Under the pieces are notes generated by a model. It worked only from the letters and a program-made list of their open reading frames with translations, did no database searches and was not told the origin of the DNA. A stretch of DNA of 63,318 bases, filler included, from Octopus bimaculoides (Eukaryota), in the NCBI RefSeq assembly GCF_001194135.2. It is 8 parts of 8 records of this genome, joined end to end, with 100 filler letters (N's around TTAATTAATTAA, not from the genome) between each part and the next. Parts side by side here need not be neighbours in the genome. Positions count along the whole stretch, not along the records: positions 1 to 10,115 come from NC_068987.1; positions 10,216 to 12,606 come from NC_068982.1; positions 12,707 to 14,822 come from NW_026362866.1; 5 more parts are not named here. One strand, 5' to 3'. Shown one piece after another: positions 1 through 12,737 of the stretch. Within the stretch, counting starts at the first letter, position 1, and each line of letters opens with the position of its first letter. The translations under genes were made by a program, and so were the position numbers.

Positions 1-169
1 ATATATACTGATATGTTTCAATTTGTCAATATAAGTTATAATTAAATTATAATCAATACTGTATTTATTTTACGAAGTCATGTACTTAATGCCTTTTTCT
101 CCCTTCCACAGGCGGGCGCGCACAAACACGCATAGATATATGCATGTGTGTGTACATACAAGTGAATGT

Positions 170-491
170 ATAATTATGCATATCTATGTACGCACATACA
201 CACACAAACTCATAACCACATATATGTATGTGTGTGTGCGTGTGTGTGTTTGTATATAAATATATATATATATTTCGGTGCGAATATATATATATATATA
301 TAAATATATATGCAAGAGTCTGTACGTATGTATGTATGTATGTATGTATGTATGTATATACATACAAATGCGAGGCTTGACACAACAGTATAGCGAAAAT
401 GTCCACTTTTTACGTTGCCTTTGGGACATCACTCGAACATACATACATACATACATACAGACTCTTGCTTATATATTTATATATATATTCG

Positions 492-537
<46 letters not shown>

Positions 538-640
538 AACACACACACGCACACAAACATACATATATGTGGTTATGAGTTATGTATATATATTTATATA
601 CATATGTATATAAATGTATGTCTGTTTATAAATATATACA
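170..640. repeat. Mosaic (TA)n/(CA)n/(TACA)n microsatellite tract containing an inverted duplication
   Basis: Direct sequence. Unique anchors CAGACTCTTGC, ATTCGCACCGA and GTGGTTATGAGTT occur once on each strand. Confidence 0.85.
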
Positions 641-645
641 TATAA

Positions 646-875
646 GGCGGCGAGATGGCAAAACCTTAGCATGCCGAGCGAAATGCTTAGCGGTATTTCG
701 TTTGCCGTTACGTTCTGAGTTCAAATTCCGCCGAGGTCGACTTCACCTTTCATCCTTTCGGGGTCGATAAATAAAGTACCAGTTATGCACTGGGTCGATG
801 TAATCGACTTAATCCCTTTGTCTGTCCTTGTTTGTCCCCTCTATGTTTAGCCCCTTGTGGGCAATAAAGAAATAA
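646..875 (+). mobile_element. tRNA-head SINE, near full length
   Basis: GGCGGCGAGATGGCA head and GAGTTCAAATTCC B-box-like motif. The core GAGGTCGAC...TTTCATCCTTTCGGGGTCGATAAA recurs many times in the window. Confidence 0.8.
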
Positions 876-1439
876 TAAATATATACATATGTATGTATGT
901 ATGCATGTATGTATGTATTCTGTGTTACAAGAGTAAAAGTTTCCAGATAAATATGCCGTAACCTGAAATTTATTTTCCCATTGATTTTCACGTTATAGAG
1001 TGATAATGCTTTCCGACGGAGTTTCGAAATAATAACAACAATAACAATTTAAAAGAACAATGTACCACTTGAAAATAGAAATTTCTAAACATAAATAGTA
1101 CAATATGAGCACATAGAAATATTTGAAGAGAAATACATTAGGGAATAACTAAGAATCGTAATATCTTAACAGGGTACGTTCTTAGCACAAAAGACGTTGT
1201 GTGAAGTGAGGTGGAATGAGAGCTGCTAGGAGGGACACTGTTAACTATCTTATAGATTACCATCTTTATCATCAACATCTACCTGAGAGGCGAAGAGCTT
1301 ATCCAAAATTGTTTGATGTTTATAGCACATCATCACTTAATACAGTTAAATGTAGGAAACGAGTTCTTGTAAATTCATTTTCTAATTTTTATGGTATGTT
1401 TACAATCAGGGCTGTTATCAGAAAAAAAAAAACTTGCTG

Positions 1440-2190
1440 ACCTTCTTTTTATCAACTGCTAGGCCTTTAGCCATAATCTTGGGTGTCAAATCATGGGGAC
1501 AGCTTACTCATGTCTTAATGGTATCAGTTTCTATTTAGATAAAATTTCTCTATGGGAGACGAGCAGCACAACTATAATCCTCTACGATTTCTTCAAACCC
1601 TACATCATTTGCAAGTTTCACAATATGTTTCCGAATTTGATGTAGACTTTCTGCTTGTGGAGAACTTGTAAAGTCAGAGATGCAGTCTGGCACCACCCAA
1701 AGTTGAGATTTACACTTCATTCCATGACTCAGCTAGGTTATTCACAGTATTCATTACAACTGGAAACTCCTAGCTGTAGGTTCTATAAGTTGTCTGAAAG
1801 CTCTTTCAGATAATATACCTTGAAGTCATCTATCACACTTTGATGCATTGGCTAAAGCATAAAAGTTGCATTCTATGGGATATATCCTGCTCTCGCATTA
1901 TCACAAAGCTCATTTAAATTCACAACTGCATTGTCTAAAAAGAGCAATGCCACGTTGGAAATATTATGTCTGGGGAAACAGTTTGTAAACCACTTTCAAA
2001 ACGAATCATAGTCATCGTTGCTTTCTTATATGAGGGACAAATCAGAAGGAAATTAGATTTTGCATGACCCGTGGAGACCATTGGGTTTTCGAAGTAGTAC
2101 TCCAGTGGGGGCTCTATTTTCATATCAACAGCTGCATTTTCTCCCATTCGACGTATCAGGATATCGTTGGAAGCTTTAAATCCTGTTAAC
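1440..2190 (-). mobile_element. Decayed Tigger/pogo-like (DDE_1) DNA transposase fragment
   Basis: Minus-strand translation with stops and frameshifts gives GFKAS, WFTNCFP, LLFLDNA and YIP*NATFML*PMHQSVIDDFKVYYL, matching the pogo/Tigger LLLLDNA...LPPNTTSLIQPMDQGVI pattern. Confidence 0.8.
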
Positions 2191-2271
2191 TTTTCTTTTC
2201 GAGAAATAAAAGGTGTAACACATATTCACTTCTAGAAGAATGCAGTTTTAAACATTTATACTTGTTCTGAT

Positions 2272-2663
2272 GGAGGCGCAATGGCCCAGTGGTTAGGGCA
2301 GCGGACTCGCGGTCATAGGATCGCTGTTTCGATTCCCAGACCGGGCGTTTTGAGTGTTTATTGAGCGAAAACACCTAAAGCTCCACGAGGCTCCGGCAGG
2401 GGAAGGTGGCGAAGCCTGCTGTACTCTTCCACCACAACTTTCTCTCACTGTTTCTTCCTGTTTCTGTTGTGCCTATAATTCAAAGGGTCAGCCTTGTCAC
2501 ACTGTGTCATGCTGAATATCCCCGAGAACTACGTTAAGGGTACACGTGTCTGACGAGTGCTCAGCCACTTGCACGTTAATTTCACGAGCAGGCTGTTCCG
2601 TTGATCGGATCAACTGGAACCCTCGACGTCGTAAGCGACGGAGTGCCAACAACAAAATCAACA
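2272..2663 (+). mobile_element. Full-length tRNA-head SINE with target-site duplication
   Basis: Head GGAGGCGCAATGGCCCAGTGGTTAG...GTTTCGATTCCC and (CAA)n tail. ACTTGTTCTG is duplicated at 2260-2269 and 2664-2673. Confidence 0.85.
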
Positions 2664-2869
2664 ACTTGTTCTGGTGTATATCTCGCTTCAGCAAGTACTT
2701 ACACTTTTTCAGCTACTCAGGATTATCAACAGCAGCCATTGTAACAGCAGCCTTTGTAACAGCAGCACGAGCAGCTTCAGTAGTTATTTTTATGCTGTAC
2801 AGATTGAAGAGCTTTTTAGTTTGGCCCCTGTTGGTTAAGGAAATAAGTTATATCCACTTTTTGTATTGC

Positions 2870-3075
2870 TTTCAGGGCAACACCCGTATATACATGTATA
2901 CACTCATACATGCATACATACATACATACATACATACAAGCACTCGTACATACATACATTCAGACATACATTCAGACATACATACATACACACATATATA
3001 CAGACATATATACATACAAGCACTCATACATACATACATACGTGCATACATACATACATACATACATACATACCA
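2870..3075. repeat. (TACA)n microsatellite
   Basis: Direct sequence. Confidence 0.95.
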
Positions 3076-3338
3076 GCGTTTACTACTCAGAGAAGGTTTT
3101 TTTCTTATTATGTGTGTGTCCTTGTGTCGTTCCGTATGTATATATGTGTACATGTATGTACTATGATTATAGATTCTTTTTCAAATTAACTACTTTGATC
3201 TTAGCTTAAGCGCCGAGAAGTGGATTTTTGACTAATAAGAAAGTGTGGTTTTTAAATTCTGAAAATTTATCCGAATTTCCGTAAGAGTGAAATACTGTAA
3301 CCAGAGATAGCCATAACGCGGATCTTTCTTCCTCTTTC

Positions 3339-3371
<33 letters not shown>

Positions 3372-4319
3372 AAATATATATACATATACATATACATATA
3401 TATGTATGCATACACACATAAATATAAACATATATATATATATATGTGTGTGTATATGTATNNNNNNNNNNNNNNNNNNNNNNNNNNNNNNNNNNNNNNN
3501 NNNNNNNNNNNNNNNNNNNNNNNNNNNNNNNNNNNNNNNNNNNNNNNNNNNNNNNNNNNNNNNNNNNNNNNNNNNNNNNNNNNNNNNNNNNNNNNNNNNN
3601 NNNNNNNNNNNNNNNNNNNNNNNNNNNNNNNNNNNNNNNNNNNNNNNNNNNNNNNNNNNNNNNNNNNNNNNNNNNNNNNNNNNNNNNNNNNNNNNNNNNN
3701 NNNNNNNNNNNNNNNNNNNNNNNNNNNNNNNNNNNNNNNNNNNNNNNNNNNNNNNNNNNNNNNNNNNNNNNNNNNNNNNNNNNNNNNNNNNNNNNNNNNN
3801 NNNNNNNNNNNNNNNNNNNNNNNNNNNNNNNNNNNNNNNNNNNNNNNNNNNNNNNNNNNNNNNNNNNNNNNNNNNNNNNNNNNNNNNNNNNNNNNNNNNN
3901 NNNNNNNNNNNNNNNNNNNNNNNNNNNNNNNNNNNNNNNNNNNNNNNNNNNNNNNNNNNNNNNNNNNNNNNNNNNNNNNNNNNNNNNNNNNNNNNNNNNN
4001 NNNNNNNNNNNNNNNNNNNNNNNNNNNNNNNNNNNNNNNNNNNNNNNNNNNNNNNNNNNNNNNNNNNNNNNNNNNNNNNNNNNNNNNNNNNNNNNNNNNN
4101 NNNNNNNNNNNNNNNNNNNNNNNNNNNNNNNNNNNNNNNNNNNNNNNNNNNNNNNNNNNNNNNNNNNNNNNNNNNNNNNNNNNNNNNNNNNNNNNNNNNN
4201 NNNNNNNNNNNNNNNNNNNNNNNNNNNNNNNNNNNNNNNNNNNNNNNNNNNNNNNNNNNNNNNNNNNNNNNNNNNNNNNNNNNNNNNNNNNNNNNNNNNN
4301 NNNNATGAAATGTAGAGAG

Positions 4320-4366
<47 letters not shown>

Positions 4367-4854
4367 CATAGAGAGATAGAGAGAGAGAGAGAAAGCGAGC
4401 AAGAGGGATCTTTAACTTTATCACTATCATGCCGTGTGTAATCTAAGTCCTGAAGCGCCGAGAAGTTAAAGTGAGAAACTTCAGTGCATTTCTTAGTTCT
4501 TTAATCTTAACTTATCTAACTTTAAATTTCGGTTGCCTCCATAAACAAATTCTGGAAGTAAAGGCGATTAGATATATCTCTCTTGAGATATTTACGAACC
4601 TTTGAATATAACGACAATGTTTATCTCGGCATTTCCACCTTTGATATTTAATTGATCTGCTATTACTAACTACTTTTATTTATTGCCTTAGCAAGTAACA
4701 AGGATTTTCTCCATCATACATATACAGATACGAAGCCGGTGTAGGAATGTCAATTACGTTGGATTGTGACTGTTCGTACGAAATTTCCAATGGTTTCTTT
4801 TTACGTTGTTCAAGCTACTTCATTAATTTTCGTGACTGTAAACAGGTGATATGT

Positions 4855-5345
4855 ACTATATAGCGTTGAGGCTATCAACATCAAACATGACCTAGGATGG
4901 TCGGGTCATGTCTACTGCATGAATAGCACAAGATTGCCACGTCAAATCCTTTACAACAAACTCAGCACCGTTAAGAGACCACACGGGTTTCCCATGTGAT
5001 GCTACAAATACCAATTGAAACAGACCATGAAGAGACTCAACATTGATCATAAATCGTGGGGAGAACACGCAGATGACAGATCAGCCTGGTGTCATATCCT
5101 CAAAATGGGTGTAGAACATTTTCAAAGACATTGACAAAGAAATGAAGAAGACAAAGGGCGATGACAAAAGACCTGCACATTCTAAGCAAGGCATCAGCCA
5201 TCAAATGTAGACTAGTCTGTGGACTGGCGATGCATGCAAGATTCGGTTTTGCCAGCCATCAGAGGCACCGGTATAAATGAGGAAGCATTAACTAAGAAAG
5301 GAATATTCGGATTCGAGAAGTTGATGACGACGACGACTATATACA
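4855..5345 (+). mobile_element. RTE (BovB-like) LINE 3' fragment
   Basis: Translation LGWSGHVYCMNSTRLPRQILY...KSWGEHADDRSAW...ARFGFASHQRH matches the RTE ORF C-terminus. It contains stops. Confidence 0.85.
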
Positions 5346-6260
5346 GCTGACAAACAGCTATATGGTAGCATTGTAGGACGATGTCCGCTTGCAGCACCAA
5401 AGATTTGCCTCCACTCTCAACAACATGAATATCCTATGCACACAGAAGAGAAAAACACTATGTGTTACATACTATACAGTCATAAATGTTTACAAAACGC
5501 ATAGCAGACGCAGTAAAGACATGAAAACAAGGCACAAACAAATAACAATAACAGCTACTATATATATCGACAGAAGAAACAATGTATGTAAACAATAACT
5601 TCGATCCATCAGCACAACAAATCACTAGAAACTAGGAAGCACACAAACCAGGGTACTATAGACCATCACTGAGTTTACGTAGATCACGTTAGCTGCATAA
5701 CGGGGTGAGAACGTTAAAAACGAAAGATTTCCTCGACATGCGAGGGGCACAGTTTGTTACAGCATTAATCTCGACACACAAGTTCACCTTCAGAAAATTA
5801 CTCGAACAGCATCCAGAAAATATCATCTCAACTCAGGTAAACAAATAAAAATACATCCACAAAGAAATAACTGCGACACGTAAAAATATCTCTCACCAAA
5901 CCCAAACTCTGTACATTTTATTAGATTGTTCTAGTTGAAGGGCCTGTGCTTATAAACTTCCCAGGTCCTTCGTGGGCCACCTTTTCTTTCATTCTTGGGG
6001 CATAACTGAAGATACAGAAATATACTCGGGTCAACCCGGTCAAATGTTACTCTGTAGAAGTTAATGTGTTACTTGATAATCATTCAAATGAGTCAAAGTA
6101 AACTATTTAGCGGGATTCATAATTCTTCGGGCAATTGAACACGACCAGGTATCACAGATATGAAAATTATAAATTTAGCTGGTAAGAAGTAATTGATACA
6201 TCATGTGTTACCAGTTATGATATTCGAAATGTAATAACTTTTATGGCAGCTGTTTGAAGA

Positions 6261-6547
6261 TGCATGACCTAGTGTTTACAGTGTTACACTCACGATCTCA
6301 AGATCGTGGTTTCAATTCTCGCAATGAGCACTGCGTTGTGTTCTTGAGCAAAACACTTTATTTCACATTCCTCTAGTCTACTCAACTGTCAAAGAGTTTA
6401 CCCTGCGAAAGGCTGGCGTCCCGTTCGGGAAGGGTGTTGTGATCTCAGTCACTTGTACGCCATAGAAATCGGGTAACCGAACCTACAAATCCTAGAACTC
6501 GATACAGTGATGATCAAAGGGTGATGATGATGATGATGATGATGATG
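6261..6547 (+). mobile_element. Diverged tRNA-head SINE with (GAT)n tail
   Basis: A/B-box-like head, TTGAGCAAAACACTT core-like segment and GAT tail. Confidence 0.65.
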
Positions 6548-7374
6548 TTTAAACGAATGATATATTGCAAATGATCAGGAAAACTTTTTACCAGATGCTA
6601 CAACAGACGTTCTACCAGATGTCATAACATATACGATGAGTTAACGCGGGCTATTCTGCCCTATAAAGAATAAATTTTATACCAGATGCTCCAATACAAT
6701 ATCATGATGCACCAGATGTTTACTTTGATAATATGAATTACCATTCCAAGGTTATGCCATATGTTTCATTAATATTTTCTCTAGAATTTTGCACATGTCT
6801 ATGATATTCAAATATATACATTTTTTTCTAATATGCCAAGAGGATTTCTTTTGTGTTGTGTCATAAAAAGATTTAAATAATTAAAGATTTCGAATTTCAG
6901 TTGCAACATCTCTGAAGAATTAACTATAAAATGATATTTAATAATTAGCAGTTTAGTGCGTAAATGTAGAACTGAACTGGTCGAGTGAATAAGTTATCTT
7001 ATGAGTCGTGAATATAAATCAATTGCCAGCATTTCGTTGTGCATCTAGAGCAGGACACTTTATATGGCACGTTACGGTTGATTTAATTATTGTCTTAATG
7101 TCTTTGTCACCCTGATGGAATGACAACGACCGTCAGTTAGCTCCGATTCCTTCAAACTTAACCGGCATAATGTAAACGTCAATCATTCTAGTGTGACATT
7201 TGCAATTGAGGTATTTGTGGGAAGCTAAATTTAACGAGGCACATAAGATTACTCGTGCTAGTAAGGAGAAAGACAGAACGAAGCACCTACGTTGAGTTTT
7301 AACAAAGAACGTGAATGCTGTTGGTCCACAAAGCTTTTCGTCTCGCTAGTCTAGCTTTATTTTATTTTGTTGCA

Positions 7375-7503
7375 GTTATTGGAGTACGGCCATGCTGGGG
7401 TCACCAAATTGAAGGGTTAGAACAAATCGACCCCCGTATCTATTTCTTAGTCTGGTACTTATTCTAACGGTCAATTTTTGCCGGACAGGCAAATAGACCA
7501 GGT
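7375..7503 (-). mobile_element. SINE 3' part, truncated by a gap
   Basis: GGCCATGCTGG...AAATCGACCCC...GGTACTTATTC is shared with the copies at 43300 and 57381. Confidence 0.65.
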
Positions 7504-9509
7504 ANNNNNNNNNNNNNNNNNNNNNNNNNNNNNNNNNNNNNNNNNNNNNNNNNNNNNNNNNNNNNNNNNNNNNNNNNNNNNNNNNNNNNNNNNNNNNNNN
7601 NNNNNNNNNNNNNNNNNNNNNNNNNNNNNNNNNNNNNNNNNNNNNNNNNNNNNNNNNNNNNNNNNNNNNNNNNNNNNNNNNNNNNNNNNNNNNNNNNNNN
7701 NNNNNNNNNNNNNNNNNNNNNNNNNNNNNNNNNNNNNNNNNNNNNNNNNNNNNNNNNNNNNNNNNNNNNNNNNNNNNNNNNNNNNNNNNNNNNNNNNNNN
7801 NNNNNNNNNNNNNNNNNNNNNNNNNNNNNNNNNNNNNNNNNNNNNNNNNNNNNNNNNNNGCCCGGGGCAACTGTAGCAGAAGCCATGCAGTGGGACTGAA
7901 CCCGAGCTATGAATTGATTACATCTACCATAATCTATCATTAAAAAAAAAGAAAAGGAAAAGAAGTCTCATTTTGCAATAATTCCAAACATATTTTGATT
8001 TTAGATTAATTCATCACATACGCACGCGCACATGTGCGCGCGACGAATTTCCTCTATGAGTTAATTTCCCAAATCATTTTTCTGTTACATCGTCAAATTA
8101 TCCTACTTTAAGATAATTTCTTCAAATTATAGAGAGCCAAATCTTGAAAGATGAGTGGGATACGACGCATCGGCTGCTCGAATGATTGTCAGCTATCCCA
8201 TTCTATCTATCATCTGTGTTTCAAATGAAAATTTTACACCAACAAGAAAACTGCGGCTAAGCAGCATGGTAGTGGTGTCAGACGTGACATGCAGACCATC
8301 ATATAGTTTGCTTCACATGGCGTTTTTATTCTTCGCTTCCGTTTTACGAGTTCAGTGTGCATATGCGCATTGCGAGTTCATTCTTCTTTTACTGGTTCCA
8401 ACTCAAAACTCTTTACAGATCACAACCATCTCATGAACTGCGTTCGTAAGGAGCGCCTCGTGCTCCAATGTTTGTGAAAAAATCAGTTCACTGGAAAGTT
8501 AACATCAAACTACGCCGCCTATTCACCACAAGGTCCAGTTCTTGTGGTGTGATGGCTTGTGTGCCTCAATGACTTCGAGAGCTATTCTAACGGAACTCAG
8601 GCTCCTGGTAGAAACTTCCATGCTGGACAGATAAAAGAATAGAGGCCGGACTAATAGAGGCCTCTCCGCAAAGTAGAAAATAGAAAATTACAGAAGACTC
8701 GGTGACAAATCAAAGCAACAAAACCTGGGAGAGGAAGAAAAGAGAGCTCAGAGTCGGTGACAGAGAAGGACAGTCGTCAATGAATTCGGTTCCATGAGGA
8801 GAGAAGAGCTTCAGTAAGAAACAGCGCGTGTACTTTATTATTTTGTTTTTAAATTANNNNNNNNNNTAAAAAAAAAAAAAAAAAAAGACAAAAAACGTAC
8901 GCATCAATAAATGACCTGAAATTTAGGGTCTAAATTCTATTATTTGTTAAAGCTCATTAAAGTCAGCTTAACCCCTTAAGCCTTTGACAAGAAGTTTAGC
9001 CTTGTTGGTTAGTCAGAAATTATTAGCCAACGTTTACAGAAAGAGCAGTCTTCTTCGGACAAGGTTGAGGAAATAAAGGAAAAGATAAATCTCGACAGGA
9101 AGTAATCATTAAAGTTGATTATTTTTTTCTCATATCTACAGGTGTAATTTAGTTAATTAAACATTTTTGTTGCATTCAGTTATGTTAATCGGCTTCGTAT
9201 AGAGATATGTTCTTTATGCAGAAGAAAACTTAGTGAAAAATTTTCCCATTCGTTATTTGAAATTACCTAATCTGTGGAAGCCCTCAGCATCTTTATTCTC
9301 TCATTTGTACGGATCTTCGTGATGCTGAGGATGTCCAATAACTGAGGAACATATTCTAGGTCATCACCCTACTTTCCAAAGAGAAGACTCATTGTAAGAT
9401 TCCAATCAATGTTTAAATGAATATAGATCTCAGAGTTTGTCTTTCTTTGACAAGAATTATTCATTAAAGCAAAAGATTTTACTTCGTATATGCGCAATTT
9501 TGATTAACC

Positions 9510-9930
9510 ACAGGCGGAATCGTTAGCACACCTCACAAAATGCTTAGCAGCATTTCATCCGTCTTTACGCTCTGAGTTTAAATCCCGCCGAGGTAGACTT
9601 AGCCTTTCATCCTTTCGAGGTCGATAAATCACCGGTCTTGCACCAACATTTGGAACCAATTTTAATTAAACAATATATATTTATGCACAACATAGCGTTA
9701 ATTAGACATACTGAACAAAACATACTTGAAAGCCTCGCTCTGAAATTAATTACATATAATTATAATTAAAAGATAGTGAGCGGGTAAAATCGCTAGCAAG
9801 TCGGAGGAAATGCTTATTAGCATGTTCCTCCCGTATCTTTAGGTTTTGAGTTCAAATCCCATTCAGATTAACTTTGCCTTTCATATCTTCGGGGTCGATC
9901 AAATAAAGTACCGGTGGAGTACTCGACTAG
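9510..9930 (+). mobile_element. Two SINE fragments of the 646-875 family
   Basis: GCCTTTCATCCTTTCGAGGTCGATAAA near 9600 and GCCTTTCATATCTTCGGGGTCGATC near 9880. Confidence 0.75.
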
Positions 9931-10083
9931 TTCACTCCCGCTAAAATTGCTCGTCTTGGATCTTGCAACGGACCGGCATCCCGTTTGGTGAGATGTCGTC
10001 ATCCTGGTAATTTATACGCACGGAAGTCTGACAACTTATCATATGAGTTCTAGGGCTCAAAAAGGAATACACACACACATTCA

Positions 10084-10115
<32 letters not shown>

Positions 10116-10159
10116 NNNNNNNNNNNNNNNNNNNNNNNNNNNNNNNNNNNNNNNNNNNN

Positions 10160-10171
10160 TTAATTAATTAA
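10160..10171. other. Assembly gap linker TTAATTAATTAA (also 12651-12662, 14867-14878, 29174-29185, 55285-55296, 58736-58747, 61324-61335)
   Basis: The same 12-mer, with stops in all six frames, is centred in ~100-nt N placeholders seven times. Confidence 0.95.
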
Positions 10172-11119
10172 NNNNNNNNNNNNNNNNNNNNNNNNNNNNN
10201 NNNNNNNNNNNNNNNCACACATATGATGCGGAATATGAACGTAAATAAATTAATTAAAAAGTCTCTATCTGATCTGATATAAACGAAATTGTTACAAACA
10301 CACATATGGACGCACATACTTACATATAAGCACGAACACATAAGTGCGTGCACACATATGAGCGTGCACACATACGAGCTTGCACACACTCACATGCTCA
10401 TACCAAACAGTTTTGAAACAACGCCAGATCATATATTCAAAATAAATGGAAGTGGAGAGACAAGTTACTGAAGAGATTGCAAGAGTGCAATGAAATAATT
10501 TAACAAAAAACTATATAAATTAATAAAGGACTGAACCAGTGCGTGTGTTTATTACCGGCATAATGCCTCTCCCAAGGTTTAATTGTATCTTTATACATAA
10601 ATGCACAAAACCCATTTGCACACTGAAAACAATAATCATACATGTACATGCCTGCACACATATTTCATTTATGAATGCATTTTACGACTGCATTTCCATA
10701 TTTTCATGAGTTGTCATGGTCTTTTGTCATGAGGCACAAACAGCAACAGAAAAGAGGTTACCTATATTTTATGTTTGTGTGTGTGTGTGTATGCATACAT
10801 ACACATACAAAACCTATGCATGCATATTTATATGTATGTATGCATGTATGTAACTGTGTGGTTTCATTTTCTCTTTCTTTCTATTTGTTAGTTGACAACA
10901 ACCTCGCTCTCAATATTGATGGTGTCATATACTGTGCAAGCATATACAAGTTTCACGAAATATTGCACAATTTTTATAAACAAAAGTTGCTTGTAACCAT
11001 GCTTAGATTGTATATTTGTTGATGAATCAAAGGATTATTACCTTGCTTAGAAACATTGCTTGGCTAGGAAGGCATTTAGTCGAAGAAAATCTGCTTCAAC
11101 AAATTCTGTCTTTCTCATA

Positions 11120-11460
11120 TCATCATCATCATCATTTAATGACCAGGGCTGGTAAGCTGAGGGGCTGCACCGGACTCCAGTTTAATTTGGCATGGTTTCT
11201 ACAGCTGGATGCCCTATCTAATGCCAGCTACACCAAGAGTGTACTGGGTGCTTTTATGTGCCACTGGCATGGGGACCAGCTGCATGACACCATGACTACA
11301 ATTTCACTTGACTTAATGGGTCTTCATCTCCTGCATGGCATATTGCCATAGGTCTCTGTCATTTGTCATTGCCTCCTTGAGGCCCAACACTCAAAAGATC
11401 CTTTTTATGTGCTACTGGCATGGGTACCAGTTATACAACACCAGCATCAACCACATTGCC
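11120..11460 (-). mobile_element. RTE-3'UTR-derived repeat with (GAT)n tail
   Basis: CTACAGCTGGATGCCC motif and (CAT)n run shared with 12405 and 24950. Confidence 0.7.
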
Positions 11461-11899
11461 TATGGCTGATTGGTTAAAAGTTTGCTTTACAATCATGAAA
11501 TCCTAGGTTCAATCCCATTCCATGGTATTCAGACATGTATCTTTTACTGCCACCATTGCCTAAGATTCACGCAACCTCTGCATTTAATATTCAGTATGGA
11601 AGCCTAAACAAAAGGTACAACATTGTCATGCACCATGTCGTAGTAATTCAATATGAGAATTTCATTAATGGTATACACATCTACAGAATGCTCAGTTAAT
11701 TCCAAGCTAGTTCATTTAGCAGGTAATTTAGTTGGTTGAACAACTGAATCCTCATTGTTAAAATCAAAAGGTCCATTTACTATTATATACTAATGTATAT
11801 GAGTGAATGATCAAATGAAAGTAGCACTAACACATTAGATAAAACTTGCATATATTTATACTAACAGTTGACTGTTATGTGTGTGTGTGTGTGTGTGTG

Positions 11900-12370
11900 C
11901 ATAAAGACCTCCTTCAGTCAAAAATGACCATGGGATTACTCCTAGAAAGTTACCCTTTGAAGCACAAATTTGGGCATAGCTGTTTATGGAAGACAAGTAA
12001 TTGGCCATGTATACCAGCCATGTCACCAACGCTTTTCAGGAGAAAGGCAAAGGTCTGTACAGCTTGGCACCAGTGATGTCACAACTCATTTCTACAGCTG
12101 CGACCTGTGGCATATGTCACAAGGTTTGTAAAACAATACCCGGACTTAAGAGACATATGCTGGTTCACAGAAGCGTTTCCTTAGAATCAGATACCAGCGG
12201 GCAAGGATCGAGAGGCCTGAAAATTTGTCATCTATGCTGTAGACCTTGTCGCTCAGCAGCCAGACTTCAAAGTCACTTGAGGGCTCACCAACGGAGTGAT
12301 TGTACTGCGTGATATGTGTGGATTGTTGATGGGATGGCTATTGTCTGTCAAGATGGAGCAGTCATCATGT
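11900..12370 (+). mobile_element. RTE-type LINE 3' end encoding two C2H2 zinc fingers
   Basis: ORF 12001-12312 contains CGICHKVCKTIPGLKRHMLVH and CHLCCRPCRSAARLQSHLRAH. A short LINE-like 3' UTR runs into a TA microsatellite. Confidence 0.6.
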
Positions 12371-12404
12371 ATATATGTATACATATATATGTATATATCA
12401 TCAT

Positions 12405-12580
12405 CATCATCATCGTTTAACGTCCGCTTTCCATGCTAGCATGGGTTGGACGATTTGACTGAGGACTGGTGAAACCGGATGGCAACACCAGGCTCCAATC
12501 TAATTTGGCAGAGTTTCTACAGCTGGATGCCCTTCCTAACGCCAACCACTCAGAGAGTGTAGTGGGTGCTTTTACGTTTA
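12405..12580 (-). mobile_element. Young RTE 3' tail fragment
   Basis: Nearly identical to 24955-25130 (CGTCCGCTTTCCATGCTAGCATGGGTTGGACGATTTGACTGAGGACTGG). Confidence 0.85.
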
Positions 12581-12706
12581 TAACATGCGTTTACTCCATT
12601 CTTTAANNNNNNNNNNNNNNNNNNNNNNNNNNNNNNNNNNNNNNNNNNNNTTAATTAATTAANNNNNNNNNNNNNNNNNNNNNNNNNNNNNNNNNNNNNN
12701 NNNNNN

Positions 12707-12737
<31 letters not shown>

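Noticed and set aside
2272-2345. tRNA-like sequences (also near 646, 6261 and 55430)
   Set aside because: They are SINE heads continuing into SINE bodies, without a complete cloverleaf.
3360-4430. Long ORFs made of X residues (here and at all other N gaps)
   Set aside because: They are artefacts of translating N runs.
3208-4466. 14-bp direct repeat AAGCGCCGAGAAGT at 3208 and 4453
   Set aside because: It is too short, is separated by a gap, and defines no element boundaries.
10160-10171. Recurrent TTAATTAATTAA motif that looks like a regulatory or repeat-spacer unit
   Set aside because: It is always centred in ~100-nt N placeholders, so it is an assembly linker, not biology and not CRISPR.
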